In this document: positions 1-14,517 of the stretch, one piece after another
How positions within the stretch are numbered: position 1 is the stretch's first letter
Layout: every line of letters starts with the position of its first letter
Source: Octopus bimaculoides
Taxonomy: Eukaryota
Assembly: GCF_001194135.2 (NCBI RefSeq)
Contig: NC_068984.1
Coordinates: 44,265,207-44,329,206, forward strand
DNA length: 64,000 nucleotides
Direction: 5' to 3'
Program-made: the position numbers and the translations under genes
The notes under the pieces: generated by a model
The model's input: only the letters and a program-made list of their open reading frames with translations
Databases searched by the model: none
What the model was told of the DNA's origin: nothing

Positions 1-85
1 AAATACTGAAGTATCTGTGTGTATACACATATATGCGTTTATATACACATATATATACACGCAGACATATACATAAATATACATT

Positions 86-160
<75 letters not shown>

Positions 161-299
161 GTACATTGACAATTAGATAGATACGTATAGCTTTTAAATT
201 TTATGATTGTCTTAGTACATGTATATGTGTCCGTTTTGTGTTCTATGCATATACATACACATACATATCTATCTATTTATCTCTCACGCTCTGTTTCTC

Positions 300-346
<47 letters not shown>

Positions 347-367
347 CTATCTATCTATCTATCCATA

Positions 368-404
<37 letters not shown>

Positions 405-408
405 CTAT

Positions 409-441
<33 letters not shown>
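86..441. repeat. Compound microsatellite (GATA)n, (CT)n, (CTAT)n
   Basis: Directly visible pure tracts at 86-160 and 281-441. Confidence 0.97.
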
Positions 442-3400
442 GTATACAATGTTTGTTACAGATACAGGAGACGCTTAATACTTGTGTGAACAGTCTAGTT
501 TAGGCGGTGCGTGTTCACACCAATTTAGTTGACCTTGTCAAGCGTAAACTCGTTAACCTTTATTGATTACCAATATTAGTAGAAAGTCTCCATCGATTAA
601 ACTATATGAACGAAGACGTATAATTTCTCTCTGAGTCAACGGGCGAACTTCTATGTAGTCGCTTGAAATAACAACCAGCTTTCCTCCATATCACACCCTA
701 CTCTCATTGAATGAGAAGGAAATTTAGTCCGATACACACTGTTTTGAAAAGCAGTAATGGAACCACTTTCCATTGTACATCTGTTTCTTAACTGTGACAG
801 CAACTGTAATATATCGGGGATAATGTCTACCGATTTGTTCTTTTTATGAATTTCAGATATTGCCATATATTACATTTTATTTATATTTAAGAACGTAATA
901 TTGGCAGCGTTTCATATGTTGAATGGGATTTAGAAATAGTAAGTTGTTCGAATTAAAGTTTACACTCTTTCTAAATCGTTACTAAAATTGCCCTTTAACT
1001 ATGAGCAAGACACCAAACTTCCACTGGCTTGAAGCGCTTTACTGTAAACAAATATCATAAGTAGTTGCATCTGTTTGGATGTCAACTTCACATGGCAACA
1101 GGCTGCTAGCTGATAAAGTCAATGGTTCGTATCTTTTAACCAGTCCTACGCCGCGTCTAGGTAGAAATAGTGTTGTAGAATTGCATAGTGGAATGTCGAC
1201 TTCGGTTTATTCGTAATAAAACTTACCTGAAATAATTTCCATCCACTTAACAGTATAGTAAACGTATTTATACCTTGCTTCTCCAAATCTTTGGAGATAT
1301 GAGATATATCTCCAAGGATTTTGTTAAAAGGATTACCTTAGATTCTCTAAATATGAACATGAGTATAGAATATCATTTCCAAACTATAGTAAAATACGAT
1401 GAATCCTCTAGAGTTCAATTTCCTCGTGACATCATTTCATGGTCGTGTAACATGTACAGAGAGTCGTTAATGTCGGTGTGTAATAAGTTCAACGCCGATT
1501 GCGAAGTTGCATATACCTGGCAGGTGTGAGACAGAGTGAATATGAAATACCGAAGGGAACTGAGACAACTATCAGATTTCTGGTTTGAAGTTAAGCACTA
1601 GATTATATTTTCAACCTTGTACTTGAGATGAATTCAGCAATACATGTTAACAAAGCTCTCATCAATGATATCACTGCTGATATCATTCTTATCGCAGTTC
1701 TTGTAATCTCTAATTCAGCGTTGACAACAAGACGTATTATCAAAGACGTTCCCTGTATGACAATCCTGTATCTGTACATCTACTTCATTGCTAAATAAAT
1801 CGTTTTCAAGATAATAGATTGAAATTGATGGTGATTTGATTCCTGTTTCTAGCATATCTAGTTACTAGCAACGATTTTTAGGACGGCATATTGGCAGAAT
1901 CATTAGAACGTTGGACAAAATGCTCTATAGTATTCGTTCCGGCTCCTTAGCAATAACGACATCTGATGCCTTGTAGGACTTCTTTTAAGATGCTGTGCTC
2001 CTTACGTTAAGACTATGTTTTGAGATGAAATACAACGAATATATTGAAATTCTGAGATGAAAAGTGACGTAACGAAAATGTAAATATACACTATACCTTG
2101 AAAATTCATTACTGTTTCGTTAGCGGGTATAGGCTGAAGAAAAAACTCCTCTGAGCACCAAGCTTTTTAGAGGCAATCTTTATGCAAAAAATCTATACTA
2201 CACAGACAATCTGTAGTACTCCTATAAGGACACGGTAGGTTAATTAGACTTGCTGGAAAATGCATCCTACTCCCCCATTCTTTCTGTGTAAATAAAAGGA
2301 TAACATTAAATATTTATGCCTAATATTTATGCCTTTTGATTTTTGCTTCTAAGATTTATTCTTAGATTTAAGAATGAAAATCCTATTATATAAACTTTTT
2401 ACAGGTTTTAATCAATGGATTGCAGTTATGGTGTGATACCGTCTTCAAGGGTTTTAGGTGATTATATCGATCCGAACACATTTTAGTCTGCTACATATTT
2501 TATCGATTCCTGCTTACCGATTAGTTATCATATAATTTTATGTCAAAGGACACGGCAGTTTTTGTAAGTGCACATAAAAACACGCTCTCGCACGCAGGTT
2601 TGGTAGAACAAACATAATAAAAGGAGTTCATTTCTTCATAAGTGCCATTCATGTAACTCTCGACACTTGAGAAATGTTAAAAATCATATGTATGCATATG
2701 CAAGCGATGTAAATTTTGAGAACCTTTTGAGTATGGGACATTTGTAAATTCTGTGAATGTGTAGATATAATTAATTGATTATTTCTAAAATAAATGGAAG
2801 TTCATACATTTTGGGAACGAGAAGTCAATCACATTGACTGGTATTTAATTTGTTGATTATAGCATGATAAAAACAGACTCCAGCAGGATTTGAACTAAAA
2901 AACTGGAGATATAAATTAATTTCACAAATGTTTTAGCTCTACATTTTAACGATGCTGTCATCTATTGTAAAAATAACCAATAAAAAATATAGAATACAAA
3001 TAAATAAATATAAGATATTTACAGCCTTTTGAACGAGATACAACAGTTATCTCCTTGGAACTGAACCTAGTTGCTCTAAGCTATAATTCAAGATATGCAC
3101 ATTACCTCTGAAGGCAACAGTAGAAGTGGGATCACGGATAGAGTGCTTTTGATTTTAGGCTTGCTCGATCATGGTTGACCTGGGGACATAAAAGTCTTAA
3201 TGTATTGCGCAACTTTATGTATCAGACTTTATGTATTAAATTCTCTAGTATCAATCCTCTGTTTTCTGAGTTCTAATCTAACCGGACAAGTTTCTCTTTC
3301 ATCCCGCTGAGGTCAATAAAATAATATCAGAAAATCAATATGGCGATACAGCTTAATCAGCCGTAATGCACTCACTATAAAAATGTGTGTTTAATGCAAA

Positions 3401-3994
3401 GAAATTATTATTCTATAAATATAAATTATACAATTTCGCCATTTTATAAGCATCTGTATAGAATTCAAAGAATATTTTCAGAATATTTATAATTCTGTGT
3501 TTTAATACAGCTGACTTATAAAATATTACTCAATATATCCAAGTAATTTATATTCAAACCTAACTCGGTTTTAAGTTGTATCTGGCTCTCATACATTACC
3601 GGACATTTTTCTCTCATCTTTCACTGAATAACAACAAATAACTATCAATATGCTAACAACATATACAACTAGTTAATATATTTACATTTGTTACATAAAC
3701 AAAAGAGAGACAATGTTTTCCGTACAAATAGCTATCAATACAAATGTCCTTGTGTCTTTGAAGTTTAAGCCATACATTACATCTTTTTATTTTTCAATTA
3801 CACACACGCATACGCACACACACACATGCACATACACACCCACATATGAAATGGTTTTAGTGCTGCTTGTAGTCGAACTACAAAGAGAACTAGACGCAAA
3901 TTTAGCAAAGCATTTAATATATTTTTGTGAATTGCTGACTGCAACGGGTGTACTATACTCGCTTGGCTTCTTTCGATAATTTTCTGTAGAGGTA

Positions 3995-4145
<151 letters not shown>

Positions 4146-4691
4146 AAAATGGGAGAAAGAATAATGGAGAACGGTATGTAGATATCTTGTAAACAATTTC
4201 CCTTACTTATGTTAAATATACATTCAACTACAATGTTTGATTAGAGATTGTGTTTTAATCATTTATCTCTCTCTCACTATCGAACGAAATCGAGTACAAC
4301 TCGACTAGTTTCGACAGTTTATTGTTATCTTATCGGGCGTCTTTCTCTTTCGTCCATGTACAGACTGACTAAGCGGTTTACAGGATATTTAAGAAGGCAG
4401 AAATCAAGAAGTGGCACTGGTATTATGCATTTCTGTATCAGTATAATCACCTGCAAAGTGTATTTATAGCTAAAGTAAGTTATCGAGAGAGATAAATTGT
4501 GAATGAGATCACATATGTATGCTTCGTAAACATACATTCAAGCAATGAGGGTAAATATATGCTGTATAATATCTACAATACATATGTGTATGTGTGCGTG
4601 TGTGTGTGTTTAAAATTTCAGCGTGATCGGATGAACAATACTCGAGTTATAACCGCTCAAAGAGACAGACAGAACGAATTATATATATAAC

Positions 4692-4754
4692 TGGCACTCC
4701 GTCAGTTACGACAGCGAGAGTTCTAGTTGATCCGATCAATGGAAGAGTCTGCTG
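4692..4754 (-). mobile_element. SINE family A, 3'-terminal remnant
   Basis: tggcactccgtcagttacgac...ttgatccgatcaatggaa matches the 3' end of the full copy at 29567-29952. Confidence 0.75.
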
Positions 4755-4774
4755 TATGTATGTTTATACGTTTT

Positions 4775-4783
4775 TATATATAA

Positions 4784-4836
<53 letters not shown>

Positions 4837-4839
4837 TGT

Positions 4840-4875
<36 letters not shown>

Positions 4876-4891
4876 GTGTGTGTGTGTGTTT

Positions 4892-4932
<41 letters not shown>
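4775..4932. repeat. (TA)n/(TG)n compound microsatellite
   Basis: Visible tract. Confidence 0.95.
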
Positions 4933-4936
<4 letters not shown>

Positions 4937-5039
4937 ATTGGAGTGGGGATAATTATTATCCAAACAATCACGTTATCAACACTTACCGAGCACACCTCGC
5001 TAGTGTAGCATTCCAATACCCAAGCAAGATCACTTGTAC

Positions 5040-5735
5040 TTCAGAAAATTAGTCAAAAGAAGCACTTCGTGAATCAAAGTTATGATCCAGTGGACATGTT
5101 ATAAACCTCACAGAGTGAATCATTTAATTGAAGAAAAGTGAAGTCAACATGATTTTACGATCGTTTCTAATGATGAATTTTGTTTATTCAACGCCACATA
5201 TAAAGTTATGCAATACATGTAATATTTGCGACATATGTAATAACATTACTGTTCATTCACTTCCTCAGACATCCAAATCTGAAACAGAATCAATTTATGA
5301 AATGAATTTGCGATGCAGGATAATTCTATATTACTTTATGGACGTGCCAAATGCATGCAAATAGATGAAATACATACAATCTTCCATCCACAGACTAACT
5401 ACAATATCATATGCCACATAAGATTTAAGTTCATTGATGAAAATAAAACTAAAATCAGTTAAATAAATCTTATAGCTCGAAAAATATACCACTCGGCGCC
5501 ATTCACTTGTTTTTATGACATGCCTTGTGACTTTGGACACCACAGAAAGATAGAATGGACTAAGCAGAACAGGAGGGACACGTTGGATAGAGAGTCGCTG
5601 AAGAGGTCACAGAACGTGTGACGAAAAACTTAAGACAAAGGGCACTAAAATTAAAATAACGATAAAGGTGAAATGAAGACCAAGAGTATAGTGTGTGTGG
5701 TTAATTGGTTCCAAAACATATGATCATTCCTAAAT
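5040..5735 (+). mobile_element. Heavily decayed Penelope-like element 3' portion with terminal region
   Basis: Cys motif CNTCNICDIC, remnants resembling the PLE RT-thumb/GIY-YIG region, and a terminal segment 5535-5735 that is homologous to 45315-45500 (minus) and contains a CTGAAGA...GAAA hammerhead-like core. Confidence 0.4.
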
Positions 5736-6693
5736 ATAACAAAATGTGTTTCAACACATGATTTCACATCAGGAATCTTGCAAAACAAATACATAAATGT
5801 ACGAGCACACACACACACACACACATACACACACGCGCGTATATATTCATGTAAAACTTCTCTAGTTAAAATATGCACTAAAATTTATTCAGTAAAACTT
5901 TTTATATGAAAACTTTTCTGTAAAATGTAGTTTTCTTTGTGTATGGGTGTATGTTTGTGTGTAAAACTCACTTTCTGAAGACTACACTACTTTTACAGTA
6001 AATCTTTCATAGAAAAACGATTTTTTTTTTTGCCAAAACAAATTTTGTATCCTAGTTTTCATATATAGAGAGATGTATGATAGAAATATTTATAACTAAT
6101 ATGTTAAAAAATGAAATTTTATTCAAATATACACGTATACGTATTTTCCTGTTTTATATATATATATATATTGTATGTGTGTGCGAGTTTAATTATATCT
6201 TTAAGACAAAACAATGCAATTTATGAAAATAGAACAGGCTGAGAGTTTTACCTGGTATTTCATTATTTCAGGGTAGGACTACCTCAGAAAATCTGCAGAG
6301 AAAAGTTGTTATTCGCTGATTTCTCTGTGCTGTAGTGTGTATGAATTTTGATATGCATCGCTATAGTAACCAATCGGCTTCCTGCGACACTGATCTCTTA
6401 TTAATATATGGTGAGTATTTCTTAATTAAAAAAAGCTTCTTTTCTTCCCAAGTTCCCAATGCTTCTTTCTGTAACATCAATGAAAACCTGGACGTCTTGG
6501 ATGTAGCATTTCTATAGATGTTTTTTGACGGAAGAAGCATCAGCCTAGGAGATCTTTTTCATCCTTAGGTGTAATTTTCTGGTTGTACTTTCGATGTAGA
6601 ATTTGTTCCATTCGCTTCAAGGGATTGTATACACCACGCAAGACCGCAGATATATATTTTCATTTTTGATTGGGAAATTTGGCAGTGTCCATA

Positions 6694-7408
6694 CAGGGTG
6701 TTCGAGCTAAATTTAATGATTCTTGTGTCTTCTTTTTTCAGGAACAGCCTGATGCATGGCTGTGAGGCGTGACATGCACAACTGCAGCGAAAAGTACGAA
6801 GCCGTGGCCAGCAGGAAGAGATACAGCAGGCGTTGTGAATGCAAGCTGGAATTCATCCCCATATCCACGTCCGCAAGCAGGAATTGATCCCCATATTCTT
6901 GAACAGGGTCCGACTCTCAATTCAGACAGCTATGTGAAGCTGCTGAAGACTGTAGTCAATCCCTGGATAAAAAGGTTGCTACTGGAATGCCATATGTGTG
7001 GCAACAGGATTCGGTTCCTTGCCATACCTTCGGAAAAGTTAGAAATTGTTGTCGGAGAATTTCTATAACTTCACCAGCCCCTGTTTTTGGCCTTCTAATT
7101 CCCCCGATTATAAGCCCATGGATTACTGTGTGGGGTGCGGCTGAAAAGACAATCAGATCAGGTGACCAAGATAAAGGAGCTGTTCGAAGACCTTCTGAAA
7201 TACACTGTGAGGAACGCATGCACCAGGTTCTGGAGTCGTCATGAGGCCGTGGTGGAAGCCGAGGGCGGTTACTTAGAGTAAACTGTTATCTCCAAGTTAA
7301 TATCCTTGTTCATATTTTTTAAAATTTTATTTAAATATTATTTTTGAATGGGATATTGTGTTTTCCTTTCCTTTTATGCAAAGTGTCAAATTTAACCCGA
7401 GCAAACTG
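6694..7408 (+). mobile_element. Internally deleted Tc1/mariner-superfamily transposon (DDxD, maT-like)
   Basis: TA on both flanks; degenerate TIRs cagggtgttcgagctaaattt / aaatttaacccgagcaaactg; frameshifted transposase motifs LNSDSYVKLLKTVVNPWIK, WQQDSVPCHT, WPSNSPDYKPMDYCVWG, HEAVVEAEGGYLE*. Confidence 0.85.
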
Positions 7409-7737
7409 TATGACGTTGTTTTGTCTTGGCTTATTTTCAGGTAGGGGTCTCTTCAGAGAAGATTCGGATTCCAATCGTATATTTAAACCATCCAGACGGA
7501 TCACACGGCTGATAGCAGCAATTGTTTTTTCATTAAAGTGTGGCGTTTTCAAAAACTTTACATTATCCTTGGATATGTGGATTTTGTTTAGTAGTCTGGT
7601 GATGCCTTGGCGTTTAGTAAAAGATTATGGATTGCCATTCTCCATCAGGACCCTTCTGAATTGTGTGGTATTGGTATTTTTGCTTCTTGCCTCGCTGCAT
7701 TTACCGCACATCCTATGATTATATATAAATGTGTGTG

Positions 7738-7878
7738 CCCAGTGTTCAATCGGTACTTTTTATCGATTCCGAAAGGGTGAAAAGCAAAGTCGAATTTGAA
7801 ATCGAAACATAAAGCCAGTTAAAATACTGCAAAGCATTTTGTCCTACGTGTTTACGATTTTGCCAGCTCGCCGCCTTC
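7738..7878 (-). mobile_element. SINE family B fragment
   Basis: Homologous to 37718-37924 (cccagtgttcaa..ggtactt..atcga..ccgaaagg; gccagctcgccgcctt). Confidence 0.7.
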
Positions 7879-8056
7879 AAGGAGTTAATAATTAAAGCTA
7901 AATTAACTATAGCATTTCTCTCGGAATTTTATTCCGATGTAGACAAAAATAATTTCTGTCTTTCTAAATTTTATTTGAAGTCTCCCAACTTATCATTTCT
8001 ATCATGTGATTTCTCGGTTTAAGAAAGTACATCTTCAATTTCTCACTAATGTTCAA

Positions 8057-8145
8057 ATATATAAGGAGATAAGTATAGTGGTGAAAGTATATAAGGAGAT
8101 AAGTATAGGGGTGAAAGTATATAAGGAGATAAGTATAGGGGCGAA
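8057..8145. repeat. 30-bp tandem repeat, 3 copies
   Basis: tatataaggagataagtatagKggYgaa at 8058, 8088 and 8118. Confidence 0.9.
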
Positions 8146-9937
8146 CTGGCTATGTAAATAAGGTTCTGAAAATTCAGACCAAGTCGTATGTTTACATCTT
8201 CAGGTGATATGTATATAATGTCGAATATATGATCTGCCACCACCTCTTCTCATCTGATTTACACAGGCAATACTCTATACGTAGCAGGCCTTTATCTGGG
8301 AAGTAACAAGGCTTTATCAGTTAAAGGCTTGTTAGGTTTGCTATTTTCGCCAAGCGCTTTCCCTATCTACTATCTCTATGACTCCTCCGTCATCAGCATT
8401 TACTTCGAGTTAACATTGATCCAATACACTCCTATTCGACATTACAAAATCCTTCATTCACGTATCTCGTTTAAATCTATTAATCTGATCACAGTTAGCT
8501 ACCGAGTTATAAAACCAGTAAGATTTTCAACATAACCTCTAACGTAGATCTGCTAATATATTAAGTATTAATAAAATAGAATCAAAACCCCTTCATACAT
8601 TATTTTACGTGGCAGGCTTCCACCTTAAGAGAATATTCTTTCTGCTCACATTAAGACTCAACATCTTCAGAGATATTTGTTCGCCAGATACTAACTCTTC
8701 CGCTAGTTGTGTGATATCTGTTGTCTAGCTAATACTTTGACTCTGTCTCTACCTATCTGATTATCTCTTTCTTCTTCACACTTTTTCTCTATTCTACTTT
8801 TACTATAAGGACTATGATTCTGAAAACATTCTAGTACTACTCTGCTTTCACTTGAACATATTCACTGGATTCAAAAATCTTTTACACCTCGATGAAATCC
8901 ACAAGACGTAGAATTAAGTATTTTATTCCTAAAATAAAATTAAAGTGGAAATTCTTCTTTTCCTGATTTTTCAGGATACAGCAACTCCTTTAATAGTCCT
9001 TATTTCATCCAAGATGAAAACTCTCCCTCAGTTCTCTTCCATGTTAACCCAACTGGTATCACACTATACTTACTTCCCAAACTCGACTTGCTTGTTTTGA
9101 AGTCAGTTATTCACAATACATCGTAATATCTGTCTTAGTGTTTCATCACTTACAACGGCAACTTATGCAGCTATCCACTGTTATCTTCCATCTGACTTGC
9201 TGCCTATTGTGAATAATAAAATGTATTCTCCTCCTCCTCCGCTTCCTCCTCAGTTTTTCAGGTTAAGTAGGTGGTAGGTAAAACAGTGAGGTTAGTGAGT
9301 GTCTTATAAATTAGGTTATAAAGAGTCCTGCCCTGAAGGTATTGATCGCTCACTCCCCCAGAATATGTCCAATCGATTATACGCACTGCATCTTATGAAA
9401 TGTGCCTTACATTGCAGAAGAAACTTTATTTCGCTGTACCTCCTACTCGATAAAAGTTGCGTTGTGCCTATTCAAATATACCATTGTATTTGTACCGTTT
9501 TGATTTACAATTCACCGGTCTATGCTAATGGGTGGACATTTTGGGAAAACTACGTTTCATTGTCAAAGTATGAAGATATTAAAGCTAGACATTGTTCAAT
9601 AAAGAGAAAGTGAATAAATTGGAAATAACGAAATATTAGAAGAGAATACCATTGAGATTTAATTACATCCATTTCTCCTTTGACCCAATCTAATATATTC
9701 TGTTGTTTAAATTGTGACTCTTGTGTAAATGGACTGGCTGTAAATTGAAAACTCATCACACGGAAGCAATGGCGACAACAGACTGCATTGCGAGAAATCT
9801 TGCGATGATACACGACACCGCTTTACTTGCTACGCTAACGCCAGTTAGTAGTACGAAGCCTCAACCCACCCCCACTCCATATGTACACTTTGTGTATATC
9901 CCCTAGGGATAGTTCATATACTTTCACGCAAGTCGTT

Positions 9938-9982
<45 letters not shown>

Positions 9983-12525
9983 ATTTAACGATTTTTTTCA
10001 TATGTTCTGAAATCATTTACAAGTAATAAAACAACTTGTAGAGTAGCACAGTTGTAAGCTACCGATGAATCGAGTCTAACGAGTCAGCTTCGATTCCTAG
10101 CTGTAGCCATTTCGAACGTCACAAAATCTCACTTATTGTATATTCCCCTGTAAATCTGAAGTATTGTGCCTACATAATAAATTAACTATCCATGTAATTT
10201 TCTATCGTTCTTGATACAGTTCACGTTTAATCGACAATGTATTATTAGTCAATATAATGAAGAATGATGTATCCAGTGTCCTCGTTATATTGATAATATC
10301 ACTGAAAGGATTTCATAATTTAGAGTTATGGGAGAAAAGAAACAAGATTCATATATTTTCCAACGTGATTAATGCTGTAGATGAAAGCATTTTATGCAAC
10401 AATCACAATCACATATTACCTCCTCTGTTTTCATATAACGGCTCAGTTAAGCAATGAAATTAGTATTTCCTATGACGGACATATTCAGCTCCTGCATTAT
10501 ATATTATTGATATTGTCACGTTGTTGAAAACTAGATCTTTGAATTCACTTTATTTTGCCTTAGTCACAAAAAGGAAGGCGGCATCTATGCCCTTTATAAG
10601 GGCCTCTGCGACAGAGGAGAGAAAGTTGACTTGGTGTGAATGCTTGGACCCAGTTGATACGGTCATGTGGTAACTCTAATCCCCCTTCAAGCTCCATTAT
10701 TTATAACTGGGGTGTTTTGCCAGATTATAGACTTGCAAGTGGCAGATGTCAACCATTTAAATTAATCAATCTTAGTCATGTTATGAAGTTATTCTTTGTA
10801 TTCTTTAACTGATGACTACGCGTGAATTAAGTCTTTTTAAATACAATCAATCGATTCAACTAAAGTACTCAACAGCTATTTATTTTATCGGCTCTGATTG
10901 ATTAAAAACTACTGTGATCGGATTTAGAAGTGTGTAGTAGTAAACAAGATATCAAGACATTGAATCCGCCTCTCTACTGCTTATGTCTAGCATCTCAATA
11001 TAATGACAGCATTCAGACTTTTTTTTTTAAACAATTCTGTTTTCATGTATTGATTTCTTTTGTTTAACGAAAGACTAAAATCCTTTTTACTTTTATATAC
11101 GACAGAGAGCGTTTAGTCGATTGGTTCAAACTCATTACATACAAATTACTTATTTTCGCTGCAAATTCACAACAGGAGGAGTCGATAGGATGCTGAACAA
11201 AGGTGTGATGTCTTTAAACCATTAGGCAAGTGAACAGGTAACCAAAGAGTGGTTGGTTTGTGCTCAGGCAAGAGGTTATGGCTAAGACACGACGCTCACT
11301 CTGTCACAGTCAACTCAATGGAAAATAAGTAATATGTTTATGTATAACTCGCTGATGTACAGTTACAACAGTAATGTGTATTCAACAAGGTCTTTATATG
11401 TTTCAAACTTATATATCGTGACAGAACCGATTTCAGCGAGTGAAGTGATCTTGATCTTCATGGATACAGACACCCATGAACTCGAACGTAAGTATACTGC
11501 ATCTCGAAGATATATATTACCCAAGCATATCTCTAAAACGGTTCTTATCTAGTGAAAATAATTCAGGTCAAAGCTTAGGCAAACATACACACACTATCGC
11601 ATACATTATAGTTCTATCAGATTCATTTTTATGACCACCATGTCAAAAATTTTATCCTCGTCCGACAAATTTGGGTTCCGAAACGCAAGACAGGCTAAAT
11701 GTATTTCATAGAGCCAGTGGCACGGCTCTAACCTAATTGTTCTTGATGTAAAGAAGAGAACAAGATTATGAGAGGTCCATTCCTGATAATGAGATAATAA
11801 CGGTTATGGTTTTTAGACCAGTTTGGACAGTCATGAAAGAAGATTGAGACGTATTGTTGGCAAGTGGTTTGAAGCCAACATAACTTCTGAAACCATCGGT
11901 AATTTTTCAGCGATTCCATTATTCACAGTGGCGATGTATTCCACTTTGTTAGCTTATTACAGCTAGATGTAGTTGCAGCTGTAATTAAATAATCATTGCT
12001 AGATTGACTGATTTAGTAGATAGCTAAGTTTCTTACCCACAAATGCGATGCATAAGGAGTAATACTGTGACTCTGGAGTTGTTTTCTGATGAATTAGTTC
12101 AAATTGCAAGCTGTTTAGCACAAGCAGTTGACTGTGTAATCAAAAGGTACTTGCCTCAAAAGGTACTGAAAAATATCATAGTTTCTTTTAGAGTCAACGA
12201 GGAAATCTCTACAGGGTTGTTCATCTTACTACAAAATGCAAAACAAACTGCATTCTCAGAAAAGGAAGCAACATTGGGTAATGTAGTCCCTGTAATACAA
12301 AACTACAGGCGTAGGACGGAAACATAGATCATCTTATGTAGGAGTGTCCTAAAACTAAACAATTTATTTCAAATTGGCAAACCCATATTTGGGGTCAGGA
12401 ACAAATGTGAATACATCAATGACGTAAGAGAATTAGAATCCCGTCAGTCTTACATCGCCTGATGTTCGGACGATTATGTTAATTATTTCACTGCGAGTTC
12501 AATGCAATTTTTGCTTCTAAAGTAT

Positions 12526-12562
<37 letters not shown>

Positions 12563-12940
12563 CGGTGGTGNNNNNNNNNNNNNNNNNNNNNNNNNNNNNN
12601 NNNNNNNNNNNNNNNNNNNNNNNNNNNNNNNNNNNNNNNNNNNNNNNNNNNNNNNNNNNNNNNNNNNNNNNNNNNNNNNNNNNNNNNNNNNNNNNNNNNN
12701 NNNNNNNNNNNNNNNNNNNNNNNNNNNNNNNNNNNNNNNNNNNNNNNNNNNNNNNNNNNNNNNNNNNNNNNNNNNNNNNNNNNNNNNNNNNNNNNNNNNN
12801 NNNNNNNNNNNNNNNNNNNNNNNNNNNNNNNNNNNNNNNNNNNNNNNNNNNNNNNNNNNNNNNNNNNNNNNNNNNNNNNNNNNNNNNNNNNNNNNNNNNN
12901 NNGGTGGTGGTGGTGGTGGTGGTGGTGGTGGTGGCGGTTG
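12526..12940. repeat. (GTA)n/(GTG)n triplet tract flanking an N-gap (12571-12902)
   Basis: Visible tracts on both sides of the gap. Confidence 0.9.
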
Positions 12941-13437
12941 TGTTGATGCTGGTAAGGATATTATTGGCAGTGTCATAACCTTTGAGATATTGAAACCAGG
13001 TCGTGACTGCGATTCACCAAATTCTTATCGCTGTCTCTACAGTTCACACCTCGCGTATCATTCATATATTTGATTTCCAACTCAGCTCCATTTTGGTGGT
13101 TTTCGGTTAAAATCAATACATTATATTCTATTTCGCACAGCTGTTAGCATATCTTGTTGATTGTTCTGGGAAAATGTATTTCTTAATTACACATGAAACA
13201 CGTCTTCACAAATCTCCTTGCACTGTCAAACTTATTCCTACCAAACACTTGATAATACCCATTGCCTACAGCATTTGATATGTTAAACACAATCAAAACT
13301 AAAGGGAAATAGCACTTCACTACGTCGAAAACTTAGGCGGGTAGATTGTCCGTATGTATGTATGTATGTATGTATGTATGTATGTATGTATGTATGTATG
13401 GGTGGGTGGGTGTGTGTGTGTGTGCGTGTGTGTATTC

Positions 13438-13752
<315 letters not shown>

Positions 13753-13793
13753 CGTGTGTGTGTCTGTGTGTAAGAAAAATATTCTAAAGGATT

Positions 13794-14077
13794 TGTTAAA
13801 TTCAAATTACGATAAACGTAAACAAACAAACGAAGTTTACTTTTAGAAGCGTTGAGATGTCTTAGAAAGTTAAAGAAGTGATTTTTTAAGTTCTCAAACG
13901 CAGGATAATGCAAATAATATAGCCTGAACAGGATAAACTATCCCTATTTTGCAGAAATAGCACTATCCTGCGTTTGAGAATTTAAAAAATCACTTCTTTA
14001 ACTTTCTAAGACATCACAACGTTTCTAAAAGCAAACTTCGTTTGTTTGTTTACGTTTATCGTAATTTGAATTTAACA
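13794..14077. mobile_element. Foldback/MITE-like inverted repeat
   Basis: 118-bp arms (13794-13911 and 13960-14077) with 5 mismatches and a 48-bp spacer. Confidence 0.8.
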
Positions 14078-14442
14078 TATGATAGCGTCTCATAAAGCGA
14101 GATTTCTATACATCTTAAATTTGCAGAAAAACTTGTGCTGGGGCAGTTTAGCTTAATCGTCTAAAGGATATGTTATTGTATTGCCAATATACAAACGTTT
14201 GAATCCGTTATAGGACATGCATTTTGCTACAGGCGTTATATTTGTTCATCGTCTAACCACTTCTGATCAGGCAAACAGATTATTGATGATATTCCATCCG
14301 TGATCATCCCGTCGTCTCAAATCTGCTACATATCAGGTTATTGCATCCTTCCTGTATTTCTGAAGGATAGCGTGTGATTTGAGAAAGATCAGGTCTATAT
14401 TTGTATCAGGCAGTAAGGCGCCGTGGAAACTCACCATTGCGT

Positions 14443-14517
<75 letters not shown>

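Noticed and set aside
1620-1790. Minus-strand IRDYKNCDKNDISSDI resembling the CR1/L2 linker
   Set aside because: A single short motif with stops on both sides and no collinear APE or RT motifs.
3106-3179. Minus-strand segment with a good acceptor and donor
   Set aside because: Stops in all three frames; shows that splice-like pairs arise by chance here.
8057-8145. CRISPR-like appearance of the 30-bp repeats (and of the 14-bp array at 60178-60286)
   Set aside because: Head-to-tail tandem units with no unique spacers, no cas genes, and a eukaryotic context.
8600-9200. Minus-strand LKMLSLNV resembling an APE endonuclease start
   Set aside because: No further APE motifs (QET, GDFN, SDH) could be read.
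11925-11980. Minus-strand peptide TTSSCNKLTKWN resembling the ADAR SCSDK..WN motif
   Set aside because: Spacing is one residue short, the catalytic-region Asp is absent, and a stop follows within four codons.
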